Below, in pieces: positions 8,244 to 16,758 of a DNA stretch of 31,111 nt. The stretch lies in assembly GCA_964539965.1 (NCBI GenBank), contig CAZILI010000003.1:1-31111 (forward strand). The letters are read 5' to 3'. The translations under genes and the position numbers were made by a program. How positions within the stretch are numbered: position 1 is the first letter of the stretch; each line of letters begins with the position of its first letter. Origin of the DNA: an uncultured Burkholderiales bacterium (GTDB lineage: Bacteria > Pseudomonadota > Gammaproteobacteria > Burkholderiales > JALYOK01). Under the pieces are notes generated by a model, which worked only from the letters and a program-made list of their open reading frames with translations, was not told the DNA's origin and did no database searches.

Positions 8244-9536
8244 ATGTACGCGCTATTCACCGCTATTCCTCTGATCGGGCATTTGAACCCGCTCGTGTAC
8301 CAAGCCGTGGAGTTGCAGCGCCGTGGCTGGCGGGTCGCGGTCGCCAGTACCGCCGAGGTCGGCGCATTCCTTGAGCGTGAACATCCGGCCGTCCCGTTCC
8401 TCGCGCTCGGAACGTCAGGCGGCGCGGCCGCCTATCTCAAGCGCGTGCAAGCGCTCGCCTCAAGCGACCGGGATTTTGCGCGCGGCGCGTTGCGCATCGT
8501 GCGAGCGCTGAAAGCGATGTGGCCTTGCATGTTTGACGGCTTGACCGACGCCGTGCGCCAAGACCGCCCCGACGTCATGGTCGTTGACTTGTTCTCTTCA
8601 GCTGGCATGTGCGTGGCCGAAGCAAACGCGATTCCGTTTGTCGTCAACAACGCCAACTTGCTGCCTTGCCTGCCTGTGCAAATGCTGCCTGCGGCGAATC
8701 ATGTTCCCACCTTGTTCTCCGGCCGCTCGATCCGGGCCGTCGGGCGCGCGCGAGCATGCCTGGCGCCGTTGCTTCGCCGACTTGCTGCCGGAGCAGCCGC
8801 ACTGACAGTGGGGCGAGATCTCAACGTCTTGCGGCGCAGTCGAGGTTTGCGCTCGATCGATATCCCCGAATTGCTCAACGGGCGCCCAATTCTGGTCGAC
8901 GGGGCATTCGGGCTCGAATACGAGCGTGCGCTTCCTGCCAACGTACACATGGTGGGCGCCATGCTGCCGGCGGAGCCGGCTCCTCTACCGGGAGATCTAG
9001 CGGCGTGGCTCGATCGGGGGCGGCCGGTGGTCTATGTCAACCTCGGCACCATGACGATCGCCACCCCCAAGCAGCTCGGCACGATGCGTGATGCGTTGAA
9101 GGAGGGACCGTTTCGCGTCCTATGGATAGTGGGAGAGTCTGATGCAGGGGCGCTGGCGCCCGCGGCTTCCGAGCGCTTCAAGATCCTACCTTGGGGCCCG
9201 TCTCCGCTTGCGGTGCTCTCGCATCCCAATGTACGCGCCTTTGTCTCTCACTGCGGCATCAATAGCGTGCATGAGGCGATCCAGGCGGGCACGCCGATCG
9301 TGGGCATCCCGATGTTTGCAGACCAACTCGACATGGGCGTGCGCCTGAGCGACGCGGGCATCGGCATTTGCCTCGACAAGGTCCGATTCACGGCATTCGA
9401 ACTGCGCCAGGCGCTGCAACAAGCAATGAGCGATTCGTCCTTCGCCGTAAATCTCGCGCGGGTGCGCGGATGTTTTCAGCGCGCCGGCGGGCCGGCGCGC
9501 GCGGCCGATCTTATCGTGCAAGCGGCAAGGAGCTGA
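8244..9536 (+). CDS. GT1-family (UGT/MGT-like) glycosyltransferase, paralog A
   Basis: N-terminal IGHLNP, PDVMVVD, and a PSPG-like box WGPSPLAVLSHPNVRAFVSHCGINSVHEAIQAGTPIVGIPMFADQ. Start 8244 was chosen by analogy to paralog B (MYALF); 8202 is possible. Confidence 0.9.
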   Translation: MYALFTAIPLIGHLNPLVYQAVELQRRGWRVAVASTAEVGAFLEREHPAVPFLALGTSGGAAAYLKRVQALASSDRDFARGALRIVRALKAMWPCMFDGLTDAVRQDRPDVMVVDLFSSAGMCVAEANAIPFVVNNANLLPCLPVQMLPAANHVPTLFSGRSIRAVGRARACLAPLLRRLAAGAAALTVGRDLNVLRRSRGLRSIDIPELLNGRPILVDGAFGLEYERALPANVHMVGAMLPAEPAPLPGDLAAWLDRGRPVVYVNLGTMTIATPKQLGTMRDALKEGPFRVLWIVGESDAGALAPAASERFKILPWGPSPLAVLSHPNVRAFVSHCGINSVHEAIQAGTPIVGIPMFADQLDMGVRLSDAGIGICLDKVRFTAFELRQALQQAMSDSSFAVNLARVRGCFQRAGGPARAADLIVQAARS

Positions 9537-9537
9537 C

Positions 9538-10893
9538 ATGTACGCGCTATTCGTTTCCCTTCCCTACGTCGGACATGTCAATCCACTGTTGCGACAAGCC
9601 CAGGCGCTGCAGCGGCGCGGTTGGCGTGTCGGCGTCGCCGGTATGCGGGAAATGGCAAGACACGTAGCGGCCGAAGCGCCGGATATCCCGTTTGTCGATC
9701 TGGGTGCGTTGGGCGACTTAACGCTCGAACTGCGCCGCCTGGAACTGACAGCCTCGATGGATCCCAACTACCTAACCGGCGCGTTGACCATCGCCAAGGG
9801 ACTCGTTTGGGTCGGGCCCCTCATGCTCGAGGGTTTGTGCCGGCACCTGGCGCAAGAGCGTCCCAACGTGGTCGTGACCGACATCTTCACCGCGGCCGGA
9901 GCTTGTGCCGCAGAGCGTTTCGGCATTCCGTTGGTCTTCAACAATCCGTCGTTGCTGACGGGGGTTCCGGTCAGCCTGCTGCCGCCTGCGCCGGACGTTC
10001 CGTTCACCCTCACGGCCCGTTCCATCCACGCAATGCGCTGGTGCGATCGCGCCATCGAGCCGTTGCGCCGAATCCTCAGCGACTGGGCAACCGCGGCCAC
10101 CGTGGGTCGCCATCTCAACGATCTGCGCAAGCGCGCGGGGCTGCCGGCGACGAATCTTACCGACCTCTTGCGCGGCAAGCCCATCCTCGTGAACGGATCG
10201 TTCGGCCTCGAGTACCGCCGAGCGCTGCCCGAAAATATCCATATGGTGGGACCTATGCTGGCGCAAGCCGCACCGGCTCTATCTCCCGAACTCGACCGCT
10301 GGCTGACACAAGGTCCGCCGGTGGTGTACGCCAACCTCGGCACCGTGGTGAAGCCTTCCACTTCACAACTCTCCCATTTGGCGGAGGCGCTCAGATCGAC
10401 CCGCAGGCGCGCACTCTGGGTACTCAAGCCCGACCTTGCCCCGGGACGGTGCATCAGCGAGACGGAAAGCCTGCGAGTGGTGCAATGGGTAACTTCGCCG
10501 CGCGCGATACTTGCCCATCCCAACGTCAAGGCCTTCGTTTCGCACTGCGGCATCAACAGCGTCTACGAGGCGCTCGATGCCGGCACACCGATCGCCGGGA
10601 TTCCGTTCTTCGCCGACCAGCGCGACATGGCAGTGCGCGTGGCGGATGCCGGGGTAGGTCTTTGGCTCGACAAGTCGCGCTTTACCGCAAAGACGCTGGC
10701 CGCACTTCTCGACCGGCTCGTCGACGGAGACGGGTTTGCCCAGCGCATCGCCCCGCTACGGGCGGCCTTCTCCGAGGCGGGCGGCGCTGAGCGAGCAGCC
10801 GACATCATCGAGCGATCAGCGAGCGAACAGCCCGCAGCCGGCTTGGCCGCCGGGCGCAGGGCACTACGCTCGGAGGCCGGCCAATGCGTGTAG
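9538..10893 (+). CDS. GT1-family (UGT/MGT-like) glycosyltransferase, paralog B
   Basis: VGHVNP, PNVVVTD and WVTSPRAILAHPNVKAFVSHCGINSVYEALDAGTPIAGIPFFADQ. It starts 1 nt after the paralog A stop. Confidence 0.9.
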   Translation: MYALFVSLPYVGHVNPLLRQAQALQRRGWRVGVAGMREMARHVAAEAPDIPFVDLGALGDLTLELRRLELTASMDPNYLTGALTIAKGLVWVGPLMLEGLCRHLAQERPNVVVTDIFTAAGACAAERFGIPLVFNNPSLLTGVPVSLLPPAPDVPFTLTARSIHAMRWCDRAIEPLRRILSDWATAATVGRHLNDLRKRAGLPATNLTDLLRGKPILVNGSFGLEYRRALPENIHMVGPMLAQAAPALSPELDRWLTQGPPVVYANLGTVVKPSTSQLSHLAEALRSTRRRALWVLKPDLAPGRCISETESLRVVQWVTSPRAILAHPNVKAFVSHCGINSVYEALDAGTPIAGIPFFADQRDMAVRVADAGVGLWLDKSRFTAKTLAALLDRLVDGDGFAQRIAPLRAAFSEAGGAERAADIIERSASEQPAAGLAAGRRALRSEAGQCV

Positions 10894-10969
10894 GCGCGCT
10901 TGCGTGCATTGCCGGCGATAGGAAACTGTGGCATGCTGTTATGCTTCGTGGCTGATTGGAGGAGTCGCC

Positions 10970-11596
10970 ATGTCTTCTGGTTCTAAGTCATCTCCTAACG
11001 TGGAGGCGCTCAACGCGAAGGCCGGCCAAGCTGCGCTGGCGGCCGGCGGGCTGCCCTCTGCTGAAGGTGTCAGCGTGGATAAGATCCGCGACCTGCTGTT
11101 CGGTAGCCAAATGCAAGATTACGACCGCCGATTCGGTGGGCTCGAGGAACGTTTCCAGCAGCGCATCAAGGAAGTCGAAAACGAGGCCACTCGGACGTAC
11201 ACCGGCCTGGAAGCGGCGACCAAGAAGCAGCTCGAATCGTTGGCGAGTCAGTTGCGCGAGGAAAAAGAGGTCCGATCCGACGCCGAGAAACAAATCGAGC
11301 GTGGGTTGCGTGAACAGGTGCAGGGGTTGGAGAAGCGGGTCGGGCAGCTGTCCGAGCATCTGGCGCAGGTGGAGCGTGACTTCGCCGACCGCCTTGCACA
11401 GGAGTCGCAGACCTTGCGCGATGAGATTCGGCGCCGGAACGACGAACTGCGCAACACAATCGAGCGCATGTTCGGTGAGTTGAGCAACGTCAAGACCGAC
11501 CGGAATTTGCTTGCGGGCCTGTTCGTCGAGATCGCCAAGTGCCTCAATCAAGACCTGAGTCCCAAGAGCGTCGGCAGAACTGAATTGGCCGCGTGA
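10970..11596 (+). CDS. Coiled-coil hypothetical protein associated with the OmpA/Rab module
   Basis: GGAGGAG RBS before ATG 10970; VDKIRDLLFG.QM.DY..RF followed by about 140 aa of heptad-like, charged helical sequence. Confidence 0.75.
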   Translation: MSSGSKSSPNVEALNAKAGQAALAAGGLPSAEGVSVDKIRDLLFGSQMQDYDRRFGGLEERFQQRIKEVENEATRTYTGLEAATKKQLESLASQLREEKEVRSDAEKQIERGLREQVQGLEKRVGQLSEHLAQVERDFADRLAQESQTLRDEIRRRNDELRNTIERMFGELSNVKTDRNLLAGLFVEIAKCLNQDLSPKSVGRTELAA

Positions 11597-11641
11597 ATAG
11601 GGAAACTCTGAAAGGGGGGCCTCGGCCGCGCCGTTCTCGAC

Positions 11642-13477
11642 ATGGTCTCCAGCGTTGCTTGGCCTGATTCCGAGTCCGAGCGCAAGAAAGGCGAGCAGCG
11701 ACTTGCCGCGCTGCTGATCGACCTCGCCCGAAATCTCAATCGTGATGTTGCCGCCGGCGTACCGAGTCAGGTAGTCGATCCGCGCCTAGAAGAACTGCGC
11801 CACATCGTCGTCGGGCCGGAGCGCTCCGGTCTCGAGCGGCTGCAACAGCGGCTCGACGATCCCGAACAACTCACCGCAACCGTCAGTCAGGTGCTTGCTC
11901 CGGCGATCGTGCAAGCGGCTGCGCGCGACGAACGCCTTGGCGAAGCGCTGTCCCCCATGGTCGAGACTGCTACTCAGCTCTCGATCAAGAAAGATCCGCG
12001 CACTCTCGTCAACATCTTGTATCCGCTGATCGGGCCCGCGATCCGCAAGTCGCTCAGCGAGACCCTCGAGCAGTCGATGAAATCGCTCAACGAAATGCTG
12101 CGCCAGAGCTTTTCGTGGCGCGGACTGCGTTGGCGGCTGGAGGCATATCGAACCGGGACGACGTTCGCTCAAGTGGTGCTGCGGCACACACTGGTCTACC
12201 GCGTGGATCACGTGTTTCTCATTCACCGCCATACCGGACTGCTGATCGAGCACGTTACCGCCGATCCCCTAACCGAGAAAGATCCGCAGCTCGTCTCCGG
12301 TATGCTGACCGCCATTCAGGATTTCGTGCGTGATTCGTTCTCTGCGCCTAGCGATGCCGGGCTGGACACCTTGCGATTCAGCGAATGGCTATTGTGGTGC
12401 GTGGAAAGCCCGCACGCGTTCCTGGTCGCGGTGATACGCGGCAATCCGCCGCAGGAGTTGCGCGAGTGGTTGCGCGACACATTGATTCAGATCCATGCCC
12501 ACAAACATCAAGCGTTGGAGCGGTACGAGGGAGATCGCAACGGCTTTCTCGACATACACGACCTACTCGAGCGTTGCCTGCGCGTGCAAGAGCGGCCCGA
12601 GCCGGCCAAGACTTCAACGGTTTTCTGGTTGTTGGTCTTGGTCTTACCGCTGGCGCTGCTGGTGGCGGGGGGGTATGCGCTGTACGAGCGCAGCCAAGAC
12701 CAGCGGCGCTTTGCCGGCTACGTGAATAGACTACGCGCTGAACCAGGAATAGTCGTGACTGCAACGGAAATGCGCGACAACCGTTGGCACGTGAGCGGTC
12801 TGCGCGATCCGCTCGCGGTCGATCCCAAGGACCTGATAGTCGACAGTGGGCTAACGGCCGAGCGGGTGATCGGCCATTGGGCGCCATACCAGGGACTCGA
12901 CCCGGAATTGGTGTTGAAGCGCCTGAAAGCGAGCCTCGAAGTCCTGCCGTCGGTCACCCTGTCGATAGAGAAAGGGGCGATACGCGCTCGTGGACTCGCC
13001 CCGCACTACTGGTTGGAGAAGGCGCGCGCGGTGGCGAGCGTTCTTCCGCCAGGATCGCCACAACTCGACCTTACGTCGGTTAAGGATGTCGACAAGACGG
13101 CGCTGGAGGGCGTACGCGAGTCGATCGAATCCTATGTGATTTTCTTCGACAAGGATGCTGCGACACCGACAGCTGGACAGGAGGCGCAAATCAACGCGTT
13201 GGCCGCGCAGTTGCGCGAATTGGCGAGCGTCTCGCGCAAGTTGCGACTAGGTGCTCGTGTGACCGTGATCGGTCATGCCGACGCTACCGGAAAAGAGACT
13301 ACCAATCTTGCCCTGAGCATCGCGCGCGCCGAGGTGGTGCGCTCACTGCTCAAGCGTGACGGGGTCGACCCCGACTTGTTGGCGGCGCGCGGAGCGGGTC
13401 GTCTGGAGCCGGTGGTATCCCCTGGTGAAGCCGATCGCAACCGGCGGGTGTCGTTGACCGTGACCTTCTCCGAGTAA
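11642..13477 (+). CDS. Single-pass membrane protein: helical + longin-like cytoplasmic region, TM helix, periplasmic domain, C-terminal OmpA-C peptidoglycan-binding domain
   Basis: TM segment VFWLLVLVLPLALLVAGGYALY (12620-12685). The C-terminus VIGHADATG..TNLALSIARAEVV...NRRV is an OmpA-C signature. The N-terminal part has VFLIHRHTGLLI...LVSGMLTAIQDF. Confidence 0.8.
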   Translation: MVSSVAWPDSESERKKGEQRLAALLIDLARNLNRDVAAGVPSQVVDPRLEELRHIVVGPERSGLERLQQRLDDPEQLTATVSQVLAPAIVQAAARDERLGEALSPMVETATQLSIKKDPRTLVNILYPLIGPAIRKSLSETLEQSMKSLNEMLRQSFSWRGLRWRLEAYRTGTTFAQVVLRHTLVYRVDHVFLIHRHTGLLIEHVTADPLTEKDPQLVSGMLTAIQDFVRDSFSAPSDAGLDTLRFSEWLLWCVESPHAFLVAVIRGNPPQELREWLRDTLIQIHAHKHQALERYEGDRNGFLDIHDLLERCLRVQERPEPAKTSTVFWLLVLVLPLALLVAGGYALYERSQDQRRFAGYVNRLRAEPGIVVTATEMRDNRWHVSGLRDPLAVDPKDLIVDSGLTAERVIGHWAPYQGLDPELVLKRLKASLEVLPSVTLSIEKGAIRARGLAPHYWLEKARAVASVLPPGSPQLDLTSVKDVDKTALEGVRESIESYVIFFDKDAATPTAGQEAQINALAAQLRELASVSRKLRLGARVTVIGHADATGKETTNLALSIARAEVVRSLLKRDGVDPDLLAARGAGRLEPVVSPGEADRNRRVSLTVTFSE

Positions 13478-13489
13478 GGCGCCCGGGAC

Positions 13490-13984
13490 ATGCTGCAGAA
13501 GAAGATCTGCATGCTGGGCGCGTTTGCGGTCGGCAAGACGAGCCTGGTTCGGCGCTACGTCGACAGCATCTTCTCCGATGCCTACCTTACCACCGTGGGA
13601 GTCAAGATCGACAAGAAATCCCTCAACGTTCAGGGTCGCAGCGTGGACTTGATCGTGTGGGACATCGCCGGGGAGGACGACATCTCGGCGGTGCGTATGA
13701 GCTATGTGCGCGGCGCCTCCGGCTACCTGCTGGTGGTGGACGGCACCCGGCCGGAGACGTTGGACGTGGCGGATTCGTTGCGCAAACGCGTTGCTTCCGA
13801 AATCGGCAGCGTTCCGTTCGTGGCGTTGCTCAACAAGCAGGATCTGCGTGAGCGCTGGGCGATTTCTCAACGTGCTGTGCAGGAGCGCGAACAAGACGGC
13901 TGGCTGATCCAGTTCACCAGCGCGAAGACCGGCGCGGGAGTGGAGTCGGCGTTCCAAGCGCTCGCAGATCGCGTCGCCGGGTAG
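13490..13984 (+). CDS. Ras/Rab-like small GTPase (stand-alone, 164 aa)
   Basis: G1 GAFAVGKTS, G2 YLTTVG, G3 WDIAGE, G4 NKQD, G5 TSAKTG. There is no C-terminal lipidation tail. Confidence 0.92.
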   Translation: MLQKKICMLGAFAVGKTSLVRRYVDSIFSDAYLTTVGVKIDKKSLNVQGRSVDLIVWDIAGEDDISAVRMSYVRGASGYLLVVDGTRPETLDVADSLRKRVASEIGSVPFVALLNKQDLRERWAISQRAVQEREQDGWLIQFTSAKTGAGVESAFQALADRVAG

Positions 13985-14027
13985 CCGCTGAGTCGCGCTT
14001 TCGTTTCCGTGCCGAGCACTCAAACAC

Positions 14028-15293
14028 ATGTCCCGCCTAACCGCAGTTGACAGCCTTTCGGCGCGCACGGTGACGGAGCCGGAATGGCCGGCTTCCGTCA
14101 CACAATTTCTCCTATCGAACCTGCGTGCGCGACGCGCGGTCGCTTTTCTCCGAGTCGATGCTTCGCTGCTTGTGGCCGATGCGGGTGGTGAACTGGCGAA
14201 CTATGGGTTGCAGGGGGTGCGCATCGGCGTATCGGCGTGCGAACAGGCGGTGTTCTTGGCCGGTTTGCTGCCCGCGCCCGAGTTGCCTTTCTGCCTCGAA
14301 TCGGTGCAGATGCCTTCGGGGCGTTCCGCCGATCTGCACTTGGTCGCCGACTCCGCCGACACTTGGGTGTTGTTGTTGGATGTGAGCGTCGAGCGGGACG
14401 AGGCGTGGCGCTTCCAGCAGCGGGCATACGAGATGACCTTGCTGAGTGAGCGCGAAGGACAGCTGATTCAGCGCCTCGAAAGCGCAAACCGCTCGTTGCA
14501 GCGTACGCAACTCGCTCTGGAGCAGTCGCGCGAGGCGTTGTTACGCGCCAACCGCCGCCTGGAGCAGGAACTAACCGATGCGGCTAACTACGTGCGCTCC
14601 ATCTTGCCGCCGCCGCTGTCGACGCCGTTCGAAGTGGATTGGCGGTTCGTGCCGTCCACCGAGCTAGGTGGCGACTCGTTTGGCTATCACTGGATCGACG
14701 AACATCACTTCGCGTTGTATATCCTGGATGTTTGCGGGCACGGCGTCGGCTCGGCGCTGCTGTCGGTGGCCGCCAGCAACGCGCTGCGCTCCCAAGCCTT
14801 GCCGAGCGCGGATTTCCGTGAGCCGGACGAAGTCCTCACGGCGTTGAACCAGGCGTTTCTGATGGAGAAGAACAACGATCTGTACTTGACCATTTGGTAC
14901 GGGGTCTACCATCGCGGCTCCAGGCAACTCGAGTATGCCTGTGCCGGCCATCCGCCGGCGTTGCTGCTGCGCGGCCCTGCGCACGAAGCGGCCCGAGTGG
15001 ACGAGTTGCGCGCCAGGGGCACGGTGCTCGGCATTACCTCAGGCGTGAGATACCGCAGCCAAACCACCACGGTGCCGCCTGACACCCGCCTGTTTTTGCT
15101 TACGGACGGCGCCTTCGAAGTGCGTAGACCCGACGGCACAGTATTGCCCTATGCCGAATTCCTCGACCATCTGGTGCAGCCGATCGCCGATGGTACTTCG
15201 GAGCTGGACCGGCTGTTGACCTTCATGGGCGAGACTCACGGACCGGGGCCGCTCGAGGACGACTTTTCCGCGGTCAAGTTCCGCTTCCCTTAG
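14028..15293 (+). CDS. SpoIIE/RsbU-like PP2C Ser/Thr phosphatase with N-terminal PAS-like domain and coiled-coil linker
   Basis: ELGGDSF, ILDVCGHG, CAGHPP, LTDGAFE and EDDFS motifs are intact. The N-terminal ~120-aa domain ends in WVLLLDVS and is followed by a heptad helix. Confidence 0.88.
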   Translation: MSRLTAVDSLSARTVTEPEWPASVTQFLLSNLRARRAVAFLRVDASLLVADAGGELANYGLQGVRIGVSACEQAVFLAGLLPAPELPFCLESVQMPSGRSADLHLVADSADTWVLLLDVSVERDEAWRFQQRAYEMTLLSEREGQLIQRLESANRSLQRTQLALEQSREALLRANRRLEQELTDAANYVRSILPPPLSTPFEVDWRFVPSTELGGDSFGYHWIDEHHFALYILDVCGHGVGSALLSVAASNALRSQALPSADFREPDEVLTALNQAFLMEKNNDLYLTIWYGVYHRGSRQLEYACAGHPPALLLRGPAHEAARVDELRARGTVLGITSGVRYRSQTTTVPPDTRLFLLTDGAFEVRRPDGTVLPYAEFLDHLVQPIADGTSELDRLLTFMGETHGPGPLEDDFSAVKFRFP

Positions 15294-15321
15294 GCTATCA
15301 AGAACCCGTCCGACCGTTCGG

Positions 15322-16758
15322 CTACTCTTCGTCGTCGGTTCGATCGACCTCGCGCTGCCGAACCAGTCGCTTATTGAGTGCGTGGCGCGAGATACCCAAT
15401 AGGCTGGCCGCCACGCCTTGGTTGCCGTCGGCGCGCCGCAGCGCCTCTTGAATTAGCGCCTGCTCGGTCTGCTTCAAGGTAGGAAGCTGCTCCGGGAACG
15501 ACATTACCGCCGGATCCGACTCGTCCTCTTCCGTCACTTCGTCTTCGGCCTGCTGGCCGAGAATCGCTTCTTTGAAGCTCTGCAGCGAGAGGATGGTGCC
15601 GCGATGCCGCGCAACGGCATCGAATACCAACGCCTCCAGCTCTCTGATGTTGCCCGGGAAACCATATGTCTTGAGCAGCTGAAACAATGCCGGCGGAACA
15701 CTCGGCTCCGGCTTCGCCAGCGCCCGCGCCGCCTTTTCGACAAAATGATCTACTAGCAGCGGCAGATCTCCCGGTCGCGCCCGCAGCGGCGGCAAGTGGA
15801 AGTGATGCGTGCGCAGACGGTAATACAGGTCTTTGCGGAATTTTCCCTCGCTTACCGCGCGAAGGACGTCGCTATTGGTGGCGACGATGACCCTCGCGCG
15901 TGACTGGCGCGGCTTGTCTGCCCCCAGCGGATAGTAGGTGCCGTCCTGCAGCAGACGCAGGAGCTTGACCTGGGAGGCGATCGATAGGTCGCCGATCTCG
16001 TCCAGGAACAGCGTTCCTTCGGCGGCGCTGGTGACCAGTCCCTCTCTCGGTCGATCGGCGCCGGTGTAAGAACCTTTGGTATGGCCGAACAGTGTGTCCG
16101 AGAACATCGTATCGTCCAGCCCCGCCACGTTGACCGCGACCAGTTCGCCGCGCCGGCCGGACAGTCGATGTATCGCCTTCGCGATGAGTTCCTTGCCGGT
16201 GCCGCTCTCGCCGGTGATAAGTGCAGGCTGCGGCGAGGGCGCGATCGCCTCCAGATAGCGAAAGATCGCCAGCATCGTTTTGCTCTGCGTGACGATCTCG
16301 GATATCAGTCTGCTTTCGCGCGGGCTATCGGTGAGCAGGCTGTCTTTCAGAGAGAGGACCTCGGCGCGCAGGGCGAGGATCTCCAGGGCGCGGTTCACCG
16401 AGGAAATCAGTCGCTCCGCGTCCAGCGGCTGCATGAGGCGGTCGATCGCGCCGGTCCGCGAGGTCAGCGGTCCGCCGCCCGGACCATCTTCACCGCCGAC
16501 CAGGATGATCGCCACCTCGGGATAATGTAGATGGATGCGCTCGAGCAGCTCGACACCTTCCGAGTCCGCGCCGCGCGTTGCGAAGACGAGCACGGCACCG
16601 TCGTGCTTGGCAAGCGTTGCCAGCACCTCGTCGCGCTCGTCCAGTTGTAAGAGATTGGTGACGCCCGCGCTGCGCAGCACCTCGGCCGCGTCGTCCAGCA
16701 AGATCCCTTCGCCTGCCACCAGCAGGATCGGCAGTGTGCTGATCTCGTTGAGTTTCAT
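15322..16758 (-). CDS. sigma54-dependent activator (bEBP): degenerate receiver + AAA+ + Fis-type HTH
   Basis: Walker A GESGTGKE, LFGHTKGSYTGA, Walker B LFLDEI, FRKDLYYRL, FPGNIREL and a C-terminal HTH GNQGVAASLLGISR. Start set at MKLNE (16758) rather than the ORF-track 16959. Confidence 0.9.
   Translation of the reverse strand: MKLNEISTLPILLVAGEGILLDDAAEVLRSAGVTNLLQLDERDEVLATLAKHDGAVLVFATRGADSEGVELLERIHLHYPEVAIILVGGEDGPGGGPLTSRTGAIDRLMQPLDAERLISSVNRALEILALRAEVLSLKDSLLTDSPRESRLISEIVTQSKTMLAIFRYLEAIAPSPQPALITGESGTGKELIAKAIHRLSGRRGELVAVNVAGLDDTMFSDTLFGHTKGSYTGADRPREGLVTSAAEGTLFLDEIGDLSIASQVKLLRLLQDGTYYPLGADKPRQSRARVIVATNSDVLRAVSEGKFRKDLYYRLRTHHFHLPPLRARPGDLPLLVDHFVEKAARALAKPEPSVPPALFQLLKTYGFPGNIRELEALVFDAVARHRGTILSLQSFKEAILGQQAEDEVTEEDESDPAVMSFPEQLPTLKQTEQALIQEALRRADGNQGVAASLLGISRHALNKRLVRQREVDRTDDEE

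Noticed and set aside
9621-10790. Long overlapping or antisense ORFs in the track (e.g. 9621-10790, 13343-14101, 18528-19292, 26532-27494) and N-terminal extensions (23314, 27165, 16959, 19819, 29649, 29789)
   Set aside because: They are Arg/Ala/Pro-rich shadow frames of real high-GC genes, with no family motifs or RBS.
5336-10893. Calling this a carotenoid (crt) cluster because of CrtC-like, CrtE-like and CrtX-like parts
   Set aside because: No phytoene synthase, desaturase or cyclase is present in the window. They could lie elsewhere in the genome, so a carotenoid acceptor is not excluded, only unsupported.
10929-10944. Second sigma54-like site TGGCATGCTGTTATGC before the coiled-coil gene
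   Set aside because: GG-to-GC spacing is 11 nt, whereas sigma54 requires 10.
11593-11641. Possible slipped G6 run (11614-11619) hiding a GTGA-coupled start of the OmpA gene at 11593
   Set aside because: Removing one G would add only 16 unremarkable codons. ATG 11642 already gives a complete protein, and there is no independent evidence for a frameshift.
11642-13477. OmpA protein as a T6SS (TagL/DotU) or flagellar MotB component
   Set aside because: There are no T6SS or flagellar genes nearby, and the large cytoplasmic region does not resemble DotU or the MotB plug.
13490-13984. Idea that the neighbouring GGPP synthase geranylgeranylates the Rab-like GTPase, as in eukaryotes
   Set aside because: The GTPase ends ...DRVAG with no C-terminal Cys/CAAX motif, and no protein prenyltransferase is in the window.
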